From: Propionibacteriaceae bacterium
Lineage (GTDB): Bacteria; Actinomycetota; Actinomycetes; Propionibacteriales; Propionibacteriaceae
Length of the DNA stretch: 64,000 nucleotides
NCBI GenBank assembly: GCA_035634295.1
Contig: DASQDG010000038.1
Span: 17,209 to 81,208 of the forward strand
Direction of reading: 5' to 3'
Below are positions 27,847-36,734 of this stretch, piece by piece (the stretch's first letter is position 1; each line of letters opens with the position of its first letter). The position numbers were made by a program, and so were the translations under genes. The notes beneath the pieces were generated by a model, which saw only the letters and a program-made list of their open reading frames with translations, had not been told where the DNA came from and did not search any database.

Positions 27847-29106
27847 ATGACCGCCCCCGACATCGAGGACCTGCTGCGCGAGTTGGCGCCGCAGGTCCTC
27901 GGGGCGCTGGTACGTCGCTACGGTCACTTCGACGCCTGCGAGGAGGCAACCCAGGAGGCACTGCTGGCCGCCGCGCTGCAGTGGCCGGGTGACCTGCCCA
28001 ACTCCCCGCGGGGGTGGCTGATCACCGTGGCCTCTCGACGGCTGATTGACCTGCTGCGCGCCGATCAGTCCCGCTCCAGGCGTGAGCAGACCGTCGCCCA
28101 GTGGACACTCCCCGAACAGTGGGTCGCGCCCCCCGCTGACGCACGCCTAGGCGAAGGCGGCCACTCTGACGACCACTACTCCGACGACACCTTGGTGCTG
28201 CTCTTCCTGTGCTGCCATCCCGCGCTGTCAGCTGCGTCGCAGATCGCGCTGACGCTCCGGGCGGTTGGCGGTTTGACCACTGGCGAGATCGCCCGGGCGT
28301 TCCTGGTGCCGGAGGCCACCATGACGCGCCGCATCACCCGCGCCAAGCAGGCCATCCGAGCCAGCGGCGCCGCCTTCGCACTCCCACCGGGCGACGCGCA
28401 GGCCGAACGGCTGGCCGCGGTCCTGCACGTGCTCTACCTGATCTTCACCGAGGGCTACGCGGCGACCTCGGGGCCGAGTCTGCTGCGTCCTGACCTCTCG
28501 GCCGAGGCCATCCGGCTGACCCGCGTGCTGCAGCGACTGGTGCCGCACGACAGCGAGGTCGCCGGCCTGCTGGCGATGATGCTGCTGACGGAGGCCCGGG
28601 CGGCGGCGCGGACGGATGAGTACAACTCCTTGGTGCCGCTGGCTGAGCAGGACCGCAGCCTCTATCGGTCCGACTTGGTGGCCGAGGGGGTGGCGCTGAT
28701 CACCGAAGCCCTGCCCCGAGGCGCCACCGGGCCCTACCAGCTGCAGGCTGCCATCGCGGCGATCCACGCCGAGTCTCCAAGTGCGGCGGAGACGGATTGG
28801 GCGCAGATCGCGGCGCTGTATGCGTTGTTGCTGCAGATCGCCGACAACCCTGTGGTAGCTCTCAACCATGCGGTCGCGGTCGCCATGTCCGAGGGGCCGA
28901 CCGTCGGCCTTGACCTACTGACGAGGCTTGAGGCCGGGAAGCGCGTCGTCTCCGATCACCGGCTGCCTGCCGTCCGTGCGCACATGCTGGAGCTCACCGG
29001 GGATCGCGACGGCGCGCGTAGGTGTTATCTGGCCGCGGCCGCGCGGGCGCTCGGCCCCGCCCAGCAGCGCTATCTGCTCTCTCGGGCCGCTCGCCTGCAG
29101 GACTGA
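27847..29106 (+). CDS. ECF RNA polymerase sigma factor with long C-terminal (DUF6596/TPR-like) extension, ECF42-type
   Basis: EEATQEAL, PRGWLITVASRRLIDLLR, LFLCCHPAL..ALTLRAVGGLTTGEIARAFLV, GPYQLQAAIAA; adjacent to YciI. Confidence 0.9.
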   Translation: MTAPDIEDLLRELAPQVLGALVRRYGHFDACEEATQEALLAAALQWPGDLPNSPRGWLITVASRRLIDLLRADQSRSRREQTVAQWTLPEQWVAPPADARLGEGGHSDDHYSDDTLVLLFLCCHPALSAASQIALTLRAVGGLTTGEIARAFLVPEATMTRRITRAKQAIRASGAAFALPPGDAQAERLAAVLHVLYLIFTEGYAATSGPSLLRPDLSAEAIRLTRVLQRLVPHDSEVAGLLAMMLLTEARAAARTDEYNSLVPLAEQDRSLYRSDLVAEGVALITEALPRGATGPYQLQAAIAAIHAESPSAAETDWAQIAALYALLLQIADNPVVALNHAVAVAMSEGPTVGLDLLTRLEAGKRVVSDHRLPAVRAHMLELTGDRDGARRCYLAAAARALGPAQQRYLLSRAARLQD

Positions 29107-29234
29107 GAACTCCCGCTGACCGATCAGGCGACATGCGAACGCGCGGCGCGTCGTGAGAGGCGTCTACGGGTAGTAAACTACACCTCCTTGCGGTGACCCG
29201 GCGTCAACTCACACTTGTCGTTTCCGGTCACCGG

Positions 29235-29258
29235 CCGAACGGCAACATTGCCGTTCGG
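29235..29258. promoter_or_regulatory. Perfect palindrome in the leader of the PLD-family gene (possible operator or hairpin)
   Basis: ccgaacggcaa-ca-ttgccgttcgg, 11-bp arms. Confidence 0.4.
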
Positions 29259-29350
29259 GAAACAGCGTCGTAGGTAGAACTGCACAGCAAGCTTCACACT
29301 CGGCCTTATCTGACAGGAGACCGATGAGGTCGAGCTCATCCGGGGTACGT

Positions 29351-31102
29351 ATGAAACGAAACATCGTGCGGGTTGCGGTGGCCGTCCTGGTCATCGCTGT
29401 GATCGCAGTGTCCGCGGCGGCCAGCTTCGCCGCCTTGCCGCTCCCGTGGACCGGCGGCGCCGACCCGGCCAGCACGACGTCGCCGGCCTCCACGCCCCCG
29501 GCGGCCAATGCCCCACCGGCTCCGGCACCCGTCCCCGCGAAGCCGCCCGTGGTGGGATCGGCGGTCGCAAGGGCCTCATTCAAGCAGTCGTTCGTCTATC
29601 GCGACGGGGTTGAGGTCAAGGTCACCAGCATCAAGAGGTCGACGCTCGACCGCCGCCCAGCCCGGACGAAGCTGAAGAAGGGCGCGGCGACCCAGGTGCT
29701 CACCGTGCGGATCACCAACCGCAGCCGGGCCGCGGTTCGCGTCGCGGTCGCGTCGGCCACGATGGAGTACGGCCCGAAGAGCAAAGTTGCGACACAGCTG
29801 TACGGCAAGTCGATCACCTCTTTGGTGGGCACCGTCGCGCCCGGACGAGCCAAGTCGGGCGAGTACGGGTTCGCAGTGCCCAAGAAGTACCTCAACTGGG
29901 CCACTCTGCAGTTCACCTTCGACGCCCGACATAGTCCGGCGACCTTCTCGGGCTCCTTGGACTATTCACCAGGGAACAGCACGACATTCAACGACCCGAC
30001 CGGAACCAAGAACGAGCGGTTCGCCATTTCCCGCAAGGTCGAGCGGGCCATCGATGCCGCTCCCAAGGGCAGCACCATCCGCATCGCGCACTACTCGTTC
30101 GACATCACCCGCTCCGCGGAGCGACTGCTCGCCGCCCACCGTCGAGGGGTGCGTGTCCAGATGATCGTCGACCAGCACGAGGACCTGGTCACCAAGGAGA
30201 CTCGCCGGCTGATCCGCGCGCTCGGTGACTCCCGCAAGAAGAAGAACTTCCTGATCCGCTGCAACGCCAGCTGCATGTCCAACCGCACCTCGGCGATGCA
30301 CGCCAAGTTCTACCTGTTCTCAGCCGTCGGTGGGTCGCGCTACGTCTCCATGATCAGCTCGGCAAACCTGACCCACACCAACTCCAGCACCAGCTGGAAC
30401 GACATGCAGACGGTGGTCGGAGACCGCGTCATCTATAACTCGCTGAAGCTGTACTTCAAGGACATGGCCAAGGACAAGACTCGTCGGAACTACTTCCGCA
30501 CCACCGAGTCGGGCGTCCGCAAGCTGTACCTCTACCCCCGGTCCGCCGACAAGAAGCCGCTGCTGCTGAACGTCCTGGAGGACGTGTCCTGCTCAGGAGC
30601 GGCGCCTGGCTACGGCACCAAGAAGGGCAAGACCATCGTCCGGGTCGGCATGTACAGCTGGACCTCCAAGCGTATCGATCTCGCCCGCGAGCTGTGGAAG
30701 CTGCACAACCAGGGCTGCCGCGTGGAGATCATCTACAACAGCGGGCGTACGTCGTCGCCGATCTCCCGCGTTCTGCTGCGCAGGAGTGACAAGCACGGTC
30801 AGCTCCGGCTGCACGACGCGTGGCGGGACCGCAACGTGAACAACCAGCCTGAGCAGTACATGCACGAGAAGGTGCTGACCGTCAACGGGGTGCTGGCCGG
30901 CCGACCGAACAGCAAGGTCGTCTACGCCGGCTCCCAGAACTTCACGCCCAACGCCACCACCGACAACAACGACGTCATCTTTCGAGTGGCCGATGCTGGC
31001 GTCTATGACGCCTACGCCGACAACTTCGCCTCGATCCGCGAGAAGACCCCGCGGCTGAGGTACTTCGTCCGCGGCTTCCAGCGCGACCCGCTGGAGTGGT
31101 GA
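29351..31102 (+). CDS. Exported phospholipase D superfamily protein with N-terminal Ig-like (DUF4352-like) domain
   Basis: Signal/anchor helix, Pro/Ala linker, beta-rich domain, then two HxK motifs (MHAKFYLFS...SSANLT; MHEKVLTVN...GSQNFT). Confidence 0.8.
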   Translation: MKRNIVRVAVAVLVIAVIAVSAAASFAALPLPWTGGADPASTTSPASTPPAANAPPAPAPVPAKPPVVGSAVARASFKQSFVYRDGVEVKVTSIKRSTLDRRPARTKLKKGAATQVLTVRITNRSRAAVRVAVASATMEYGPKSKVATQLYGKSITSLVGTVAPGRAKSGEYGFAVPKKYLNWATLQFTFDARHSPATFSGSLDYSPGNSTTFNDPTGTKNERFAISRKVERAIDAAPKGSTIRIAHYSFDITRSAERLLAAHRRGVRVQMIVDQHEDLVTKETRRLIRALGDSRKKKNFLIRCNASCMSNRTSAMHAKFYLFSAVGGSRYVSMISSANLTHTNSSTSWNDMQTVVGDRVIYNSLKLYFKDMAKDKTRRNYFRTTESGVRKLYLYPRSADKKPLLLNVLEDVSCSGAAPGYGTKKGKTIVRVGMYSWTSKRIDLARELWKLHNQGCRVEIIYNSGRTSSPISRVLLRRSDKHGQLRLHDAWRDRNVNNQPEQYMHEKVLTVNGVLAGRPNSKVVYAGSQNFTPNATTDNNDVIFRVADAGVYDAYADNFASIREKTPRLRYFVRGFQRDPLEW

Positions 31103-31134
31103 CGCGCTGGTTGCCCGGTGGCTCGGCTGCAGTG

Positions 31135-32883
31135 CTACAGGTATTGCCCGGTGTTGGTGACCGTGTCGATGGAGCGCCCCGGCTGAGTGCCCTTCTTGGA
31201 CGAGATCAGGGTGCGGATGAACACGATCCGCTCGCCCTTCTTGCCCGAGATCTTCGCCCAGTCGTCGGGGTTGGTGGTGTTGGGCAGATCCTCGTTCTCC
31301 AGAAACTCGTCCAGGCACGCCTGCAATAGGTGCCCGACCCGGAGGCCGCGGACACCGGTGTCCAACAGGTCCTTGATGGCCATCTTCTTGGCCCGGTCGA
31401 CGATGTTCTGGATCATCGCGCCAGAGTTGAAGTCCTTGAAGTAGAGGACCTCCTTGTCTCCGCCGGCGTAGGTGACCTCCAGGAACTGGTTCTCCTCGGA
31501 GTCCTCATACATCCGGGCCACAGTGCGCTCGATCATGCCGCGCACGGTGGACTGACGGTCCTGGCTGAACTCGGCCAGGTCCTCGGCGTGCAGCGGCAGG
31601 CTGGGAGTGAGGTACTTGCTGAAGATCTCCCGGGACGCCTCGGCGTCGGGCCGCTCGATCTTGATCTTGACGTCCAGTCGTCCGGGCCGAAGGATCGCCG
31701 GGTCGATCATGTCCTCCCGGTTGGACGCCCCGATGATGATGACGTTGTCCAGGCCCTCGACACCGTCGATCTCGCTCAGCAGCTGCGGCACGATGGTGTT
31801 CTCGACGTCGGAGGACACCCCTGAGCCGCGGGTCCGGAACAGTGAGTCCATCTCGTCGAAAAAGACGATCACCGGCATGCCGTCGGAGGCCTTTTCGCGG
31901 GCCCGCTGGAACACCAACCGGATGTGCCGCTCGGTCTCGCCGACGTACTTGTTGAGCAGCTCTGGGCCCTTGATGTTGAGGAAGAAGCTGCGGCCTTCCT
32001 CTCCGGTCTTCTCGGTCACCTTCTTGGCCAGCGAGTTGGCCACCGCCTTGGCGATCAGCGTCTTGCCACAGCCGGGCGGACCGTACAGCAGGATGCCCTT
32101 GGGAGCCTTGAGCTCGTGCTCCTCAAACAGGTCCTTGTGCAGGAACGGCAGCTCCACCGCGTCCCGGATCGCCTCGATCTGCGACCCAAGTCCGCCGATC
32201 ACCGAGTAGTCGATGTCGGGCACCTCCTCGAGCACCAGCTCCTCGACGTCGAGCTTGGGCACCCGCTCGTAGGCGAAGTGCACCCGACGGTCGATCAGCA
32301 GGGAGTCACCGGCGCGCAGCTTCTGCTCGCGCAGCTCCTGGCCGAGGCGGACGACGCTCTCCTCGTCGCCGTGCCCGATGACCAGCGCCCGGTAGCCGTC
32401 GTCAAGCACCTCCTTGAGGAGCACGACCTCGCCGACCTCGTCGAAGTCCATCACCTGGACCACGTTGAGGGCCTCGTTCACCATCACCTCGCGGCCAGGG
32501 GTCATCGCGTCGAGGTCAACCTCGGGGCTGACCGAAACCCGCATCTTGCGTCCTGACGTGTAGATGTCGGCCGTGTGGTCCTCGCCGGCGGCGAGGAAGA
32601 CGCCGTAACTGGCCGGGGGCTGGGCCAGCCGGTCCACCTCATTCTTGAGAGACACGATCTGGTCCCGGGCCTCCCGAAGGGTGGCGGCGAGCCGGCCGTT
32701 GTTTGCGGCGGTGGTCCGGGCTTCGGTCCGGGCATCAGCCAACCGGCGCTCCAGCATGGCCACGTCGTGTGGGTGCGACGAGACCCGCTCACGCAGCCGG
32801 TCCAGCTCATCGGACAGGGCGTGCAGCCGACCGACCAGCGCTTCTCGATCCTCGTGCGCTCCGCGATCTTCGAACTGAGTCAT
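31135..32883 (-). CDS. arc: Proteasome-associated AAA ATPase ARC/Mpa
   Basis: N-terminal coiled coil, [21 protein letters not shown]-terminal GQYL; aaggagg RBS before ATG 32883. Confidence 0.97.
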   Translation of the reverse strand: MTQFEDRGAHEDREALVGRLHALSDELDRLRERVSSHPHDVAMLERRLADARTEARTTAANNGRLAATLREARDQIVSLKNEVDRLAQPPASYGVFLAAGEDHTADIYTSGRKMRVSVSPEVDLDAMTPGREVMVNEALNVVQVMDFDEVGEVVLLKEVLDDGYRALVIGHGDEESVVRLGQELREQKLRAGDSLLIDRRVHFAYERVPKLDVEELVLEEVPDIDYSVIGGLGSQIEAIRDAVELPFLHKDLFEEHELKAPKGILLYGPPGCGKTLIAKAVANSLAKKVTEKTGEEGRSFFLNIKGPELLNKYVGETERHIRLVFQRAREKASDGMPVIVFFDEMDSLFRTRGSGVSSDVENTIVPQLLSEIDGVEGLDNVIIIGASNREDMIDPAILRPGRLDVKIKIERPDAEASREIFSKYLTPSLPLHAEDLAEFSQDRQSTVRGMIERTVARMYEDSEENQFLEVTYAGGDKEVLYFKDFNSGAMIQNIVDRAKKMAIKDLLDTGVRGLRVGHLLQACLDEFLENEDLPNTTNPDDWAKISGKKGERIVFIRTLISSKKGTQPGRSIDTVTNTGQYL

Positions 32884-32919
32884 GGCCAAGACCTCCTTGC
32901 CCATGAGGCTACCTGCCGT

Positions 32920-33834
32920 TTAACGGGGACCGGTGTAATCCTCGCCGTAGGCCCCGGGGGCTGGCCGACGCTTGCGCAGCGGTGCGGTCACGCCGGGGGC
33001 CAGCCGCCGGGTGGTCACCAGGAAGCCGGTGTGCCCCACCATCGCGTGCTTGGGTCGGACGGCGAGTCCTTCGGCATGCCAGGACCGCACCAGCGACTCG
33101 GTGGCCTCCGGCTCGGTGAAGCCGCCGTGCACCCGGAAGGTTTCGACCGTCCGCGCCAGCTGCGTGGTGGTGGCCAGGTAACAGCAGACCATCCCGCCCG
33201 GGACCAGCACCTCGGCCACGGCGTCGATGCACTCCCAGGGGGCGAGCATGTCGAGCACCACCCGGTCGACCGGCTCAGCGGTGGCCCCGTCGGTGGAGAG
33301 CGCCTCGACTAAGTCGCCGACGCGGAGCTCCCACCCTGGGTGCTCACTGCCGAGAAAGTTGGCCACGTTGCGCCGGGCCACCTCGGCGAAGTCCTCCCGC
33401 CGCTCGTACGACGTCAGCCGGCCGGTGGGCCCGATGGCCCGGAGCAGGACACTGGTCAGCGCTCCTGAGCCGGCGCCGGCCTCGATCACTCGCGCACCGG
33501 GGAAGATGTCGGCCCCCATCACGATCTGGGCGGCGTCCTTGGGATAGACCACAGCCGCGCCCCGCGGCATGGCCACGATGAACTCTCCGAGGAGCGGGCG
33601 CAGGGCGAGGTAGTCCACCCCCCCGGTGGAGCGCACGACCACGCCCTCGGGCCCCCCGATCAGATCGTCGTGGGAGATGCCGCCCTTGGCCGTGTGGAAC
33701 GAGGTGCCCTCGGCCAGCAGGACCGAGTGCCGCCGGCCGCGAGGGTCGGTCAAGGTGACCCGCTCTCCAGGACGCAGCGGTCCGCGGCGGACACCGGACA
33801 AGTCCGAAGGTGCTTTCGCGTCGTCGTCAGTCAC
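32920..33834 (-). CDS. trmI: tRNA (adenine58-N1)-methyltransferase
   Basis: MPRGAAVVYPKD, EAGAGSGAL, LDMLAPW, HAMVGHTGFL. Confidence 0.93.
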   Translation of the reverse strand: MTDDDAKAPSDLSGVRRGPLRPGERVTLTDPRGRRHSVLLAEGTSFHTAKGGISHDDLIGGPEGVVVRSTGGVDYLALRPLLGEFIVAMPRGAAVVYPKDAAQIVMGADIFPGARVIEAGAGSGALTSVLLRAIGPTGRLTSYERREDFAEVARRNVANFLGSEHPGWELRVGDLVEALSTDGATAEPVDRVVLDMLAPWECIDAVAEVLVPGGMVCCYLATTTQLARTVETFRVHGGFTEPEATESLVRSWHAEGLAVRPKHAMVGHTGFLVTTRRLAPGVTAPLRKRRPAPGAYGEDYTGPR

Positions 33835-33861
33835 TCGTGACAGCCCTTTCGCGCTGGGTGT

Positions 33862-35394
33862 TCATGCCGTTCTCATGCCGAACAGGCCCAGCTGCCAGCC
33901 CGGACCGAACGAGTTTTCGTTGATGTCCACGCCGTCCCGGGCGAATAAATAGTCGTCGCCCTGGCTGACCGGCAGCACCACCTTGTCGGCGGCCGCCTGC
34001 TTCTGCAGCGCGGTCAGCAGCCGCGCCGCCTCCGCCTCGGTGGTGGTCGAGCTGAACGCCAGCTCGAGCCGCGTCACCGTGCTGCTGCTGCTGGGCAGCG
34101 GGGCGTCCAGGTAGGGCTGCAGCCATGACACCGCGGTCGCCGTCCAGGCCTTGCGGTCCAGGAGCTGCAGGTCCGTGGTTGTCGGCTGCCCGCCGGTCGG
34201 CCCGGGGCGCAGCCGAACGCTCATCCCGCCCGTGTCCTCCAGCCGGGTGCGGATCTGGGTGGCCAGGTCCCGGGAGTCGGGCATGGCGGGGTCGTAGCCC
34301 AGGTTGATCTGGACACGCGATGACCAGGTGACCTTAGGCTTGCCCCGGCCGCCGACGGGCAGACTGTTGACGTGACCGGGTACGCCGCCGGGCACCACCG
34401 AGTCGAGCGTCCGGTCCTCCTGCAGCGCCTGCTCGATCGCCGAGCGCAGGGCCGCGTTGGCGCGCATCGGCGAGCGCGGGTTCCACAGCAGCTCGTGCAC
34501 CCGTACGCCGGTCAGCACCCGCGGTCGGAAGCCGTCACCGGTCAACTGGTCGGGATCGGGGCTCGCCTGCTGCAGCAGGCGGGTGACGGCGGCCTGGTTG
34601 AGGCCGCGCCACACCACGTCGACCTCCTGTTGGCGCATGGCGGCCTCGATGCTGGCTGAGTCCGGGGCGACCCGGTAGAGCACGTCGTTGGCACGACCCG
34701 GGTTGCGGCCCACGTATTTCCGGTTCCGCGACAGCCGGAGGTCGCTGCCCGAGAAGTAGGTGACCGAGAACGGCCCTGAGCCGACGATCGGCGACGTGGC
34801 CGGGCGCACCTCGTCGGCGTCGTAGACCCGCCGGTTCACGATCGAGGCCGCCGGCGAGGCCAGCGCCCAGACGAACTGGGTGTCCACGCGGCTCAGCAGA
34901 AACCGGACCGTCTTCGAGTCGGGAGTCTCGATCCGACGCAGCGAGGACAGCAGCGAGGCCGACGAGCCGGCGACGTCGAGCCGCGTCGCTCGCTCGATGC
35001 TGAACTTGACGTCGGCCGAGGTGACCGGACTGCCGTCGTGGAAGAACAGCTTCTCGTTGAGGGTGCAGGTGTACGTGGTTGCGGCCGTGAAAAGGCAGTC
35101 GCGGGCAGCGTCGGGCTTCGGGGCGCTCTCCCCGGGGTCCGCCGACATCAGCCGCTGAAAGGCGTTGAGGGCGAGCACGGCGGAGCCCGCATCGGTAACC
35201 GCCGCCGGGTCGGCCACCCGGATGGGGTCGGTGGACATCACCCGCAACGGCCGCGCGGCGGTCGAGCTCTGGCTGGGACTGGGACCCGAGCCACCTCGGG
35301 CGGGCGTGCAGCCGACAGCGAGCAAAGGCACCACCAGAGCGGCCAGGGCAGCCCGGAGCCGGCGCCGCGACGACTGGCAAGCCGACTCAGTCAC
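33862..35394 (-). CDS. ABC transporter substrate-binding lipoprotein, family 5 (peptide/nickel type)
   Basis: Lipobox LAVGC, FHDGSPVTSADVKFS, GSGPF. Confidence 0.85.
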   Translation of the reverse strand: MTESACQSSRRRLRAALAALVVPLLAVGCTPARGGSGPSPSQSSTAARPLRVMSTDPIRVADPAAVTDAGSAVLALNAFQRLMSADPGESAPKPDAARDCLFTAATTYTCTLNEKLFFHDGSPVTSADVKFSIERATRLDVAGSSASLLSSLRRIETPDSKTVRFLLSRVDTQFVWALASPAASIVNRRVYDADEVRPATSPIVGSGPFSVTYFSGSDLRLSRNRKYVGRNPGRANDVLYRVAPDSASIEAAMRQQEVDVVWRGLNQAAVTRLLQQASPDPDQLTGDGFRPRVLTGVRVHELLWNPRSPMRANAALRSAIEQALQEDRTLDSVVPGGVPGHVNSLPVGGRGKPKVTWSSRVQINLGYDPAMPDSRDLATQIRTRLEDTGGMSVRLRPGPTGGQPTTTDLQLLDRKAWTATAVSWLQPYLDAPLPSSSSTVTRLELAFSSTTTEAEAARLLTALQKQAAADKVVLPVSQGDDYLFARDGVDINENSFGPGWQLGLFGMRTA

Positions 35395-36082
35395 CGGCGC
35401 GCTCGAGCAGCTGCCCCACCGAGGCCGCATCAAGCTCGGTCAGCGACCCGACGTGAATGCGCCGCGGGGCCACCGCGATCCGAACGTGGTTGGGCACGGC
35501 CAGGACCAGAGCGCCGGCGGCATTGCCCGAGGCGGCACCGGTGTTCGAGTCCTCGATCACCACACACGAGCGCGGTGACACGCCGAGCTGCCGGCAGGCG
35601 ACCTCGTACGGCTCCGGGTGCGGCTTGCCGTTGCTCACCTCGTCGCCGGCCACCGAGACCACGAAGGTGGCCGGTGGCAGCTGGCTCAGGGCGGCGTCCA
35701 GCAGCACCCGGTAGGAGGCTGAGACCAGCGCGCAGGGGACGCCGGCATCGGCCAGCGAGGCCAGCAGATCGAGAGCTCCCGGACGCCACGGGATCGGTTG
35801 GCTGGTGAGTGTCTGTGCCACCCGGTCGACCAGCTGCTCGACCACCCACTCGGGCGTCAGGTCATCCCGCCCGAGCACGTCGAGGATGTAGGAGCCCGAG
35901 TCGATCAGCGCGTTGCCGACCAGCTGTTCGGCGTGGTCGGCGCTCCAGCTGCCGCCGAGGCCGGACACCAGGTCGTATTCAGCCGCCACCCAAACTGGTT
36001 CGGTGTCGGCGAGCGTGCCATCGAAGTCCCACAGCACGGCGGCGAGATGGGGCACCGCGCTGGACATGTTCGGTTGGCTCAT
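35387..36082 (-). CDS. HAD family phosphatase
   Basis: WDFDGTLADTE, VSAS, KPHPEPY, IEDS. Confidence 0.9.
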   Translation of the reverse strand: MSQPNMSSAVPHLAAVLWDFDGTLADTEPVWVAAEYDLVSGLGGSWSADHAEQLVGNALIDSGSYILDVLGRDDLTPEWVVEQLVDRVAQTLTSQPIPWRPGALDLLASLADAGVPCALVSASYRVLLDAALSQLPPATFVVSVAGDEVSNGKPHPEPYEVACRQLGVSPRSCVVIEDSNTGAASGNAAGALVLAVPNHVRIAVAPRRIHVGSLTELDAASVGQLLERAGD

Positions 36083-36296
36083 GGCTCCGGCCATTGTTCC
36101 AGCCTGACCTTGGCAAGCGAAATTGCGACAGCGCAGCCCATCGCCCGTCCGCAACCCGGACAGGCTGGCCACCTGGGTGCCGCGGGCTCTCGCGCGGTGA
36201 CCTTCGGTGCGCGGCGTCGTTCTGCCAAAGCACGAGCAGAGCCGGCCCGTCGCCGCTACAGTGCCGAACTATCGGACTTCACCCCAAGGAGCATTC

Positions 36297-36707
36297 GTGG
36301 CCTCTCTCCTCACCCCCTACCTCGGCTTCCGCGACGACGCGCGGCAGGCCCTGGAGTTCTACCAGCAGGTGTTCGGCGGCGAGCTGACCCTGAGCACGTT
36401 CGGCGAGTACGGCATGGCGGACACGCCACAAGCCGACCAGATCATGCACGGCCAGCTCGAAACCCCCATCGGCTTCACCCTGATGGCCTCTGACACCCCT
36501 CCGGGCATGGACTACTCGGAGGGGGCCCGGATCACCGTGGCCCTCACCGGCGACGATGTGGACGAGCTCCGCGGCTACTTCGAGAAGCTGTCCGACGGCG
36601 CTGAAGTGACGGTGAAGCTGGAGAAGCAGATGTGGGGCGATGAGTACGGCTCGCTGATCGACCGTTTCGGCATCCCGTGGATGGCCAACATCAGCACACC
36701 GTCCTGA
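36297..36707 (+). CDS. VOC/PhnB-like family protein
   Basis: LTPYLGF..ARQALEFYQQVFGG, IMHGQL, QMWGDEYGSLIDRFGIPW; aaggag RBS. Confidence 0.88.
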   Translation: MASLLTPYLGFRDDARQALEFYQQVFGGELTLSTFGEYGMADTPQADQIMHGQLETPIGFTLMASDTPPGMDYSEGARITVALTGDDVDELRGYFEKLSDGAEVTVKLEKQMWGDEYGSLIDRFGIPWMANISTPS

Positions 36708-36734
36708 CCAGGGGCCAGTCAGCGCACGGGGCGG

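Noticed and set aside
33862-35394. Orphan family-5 substrate-binding protein without permeases
   Set aside because: A lone binding-protein gene beside HAD and metH matches the arrangement I recall in Streptomyces; not unusual.
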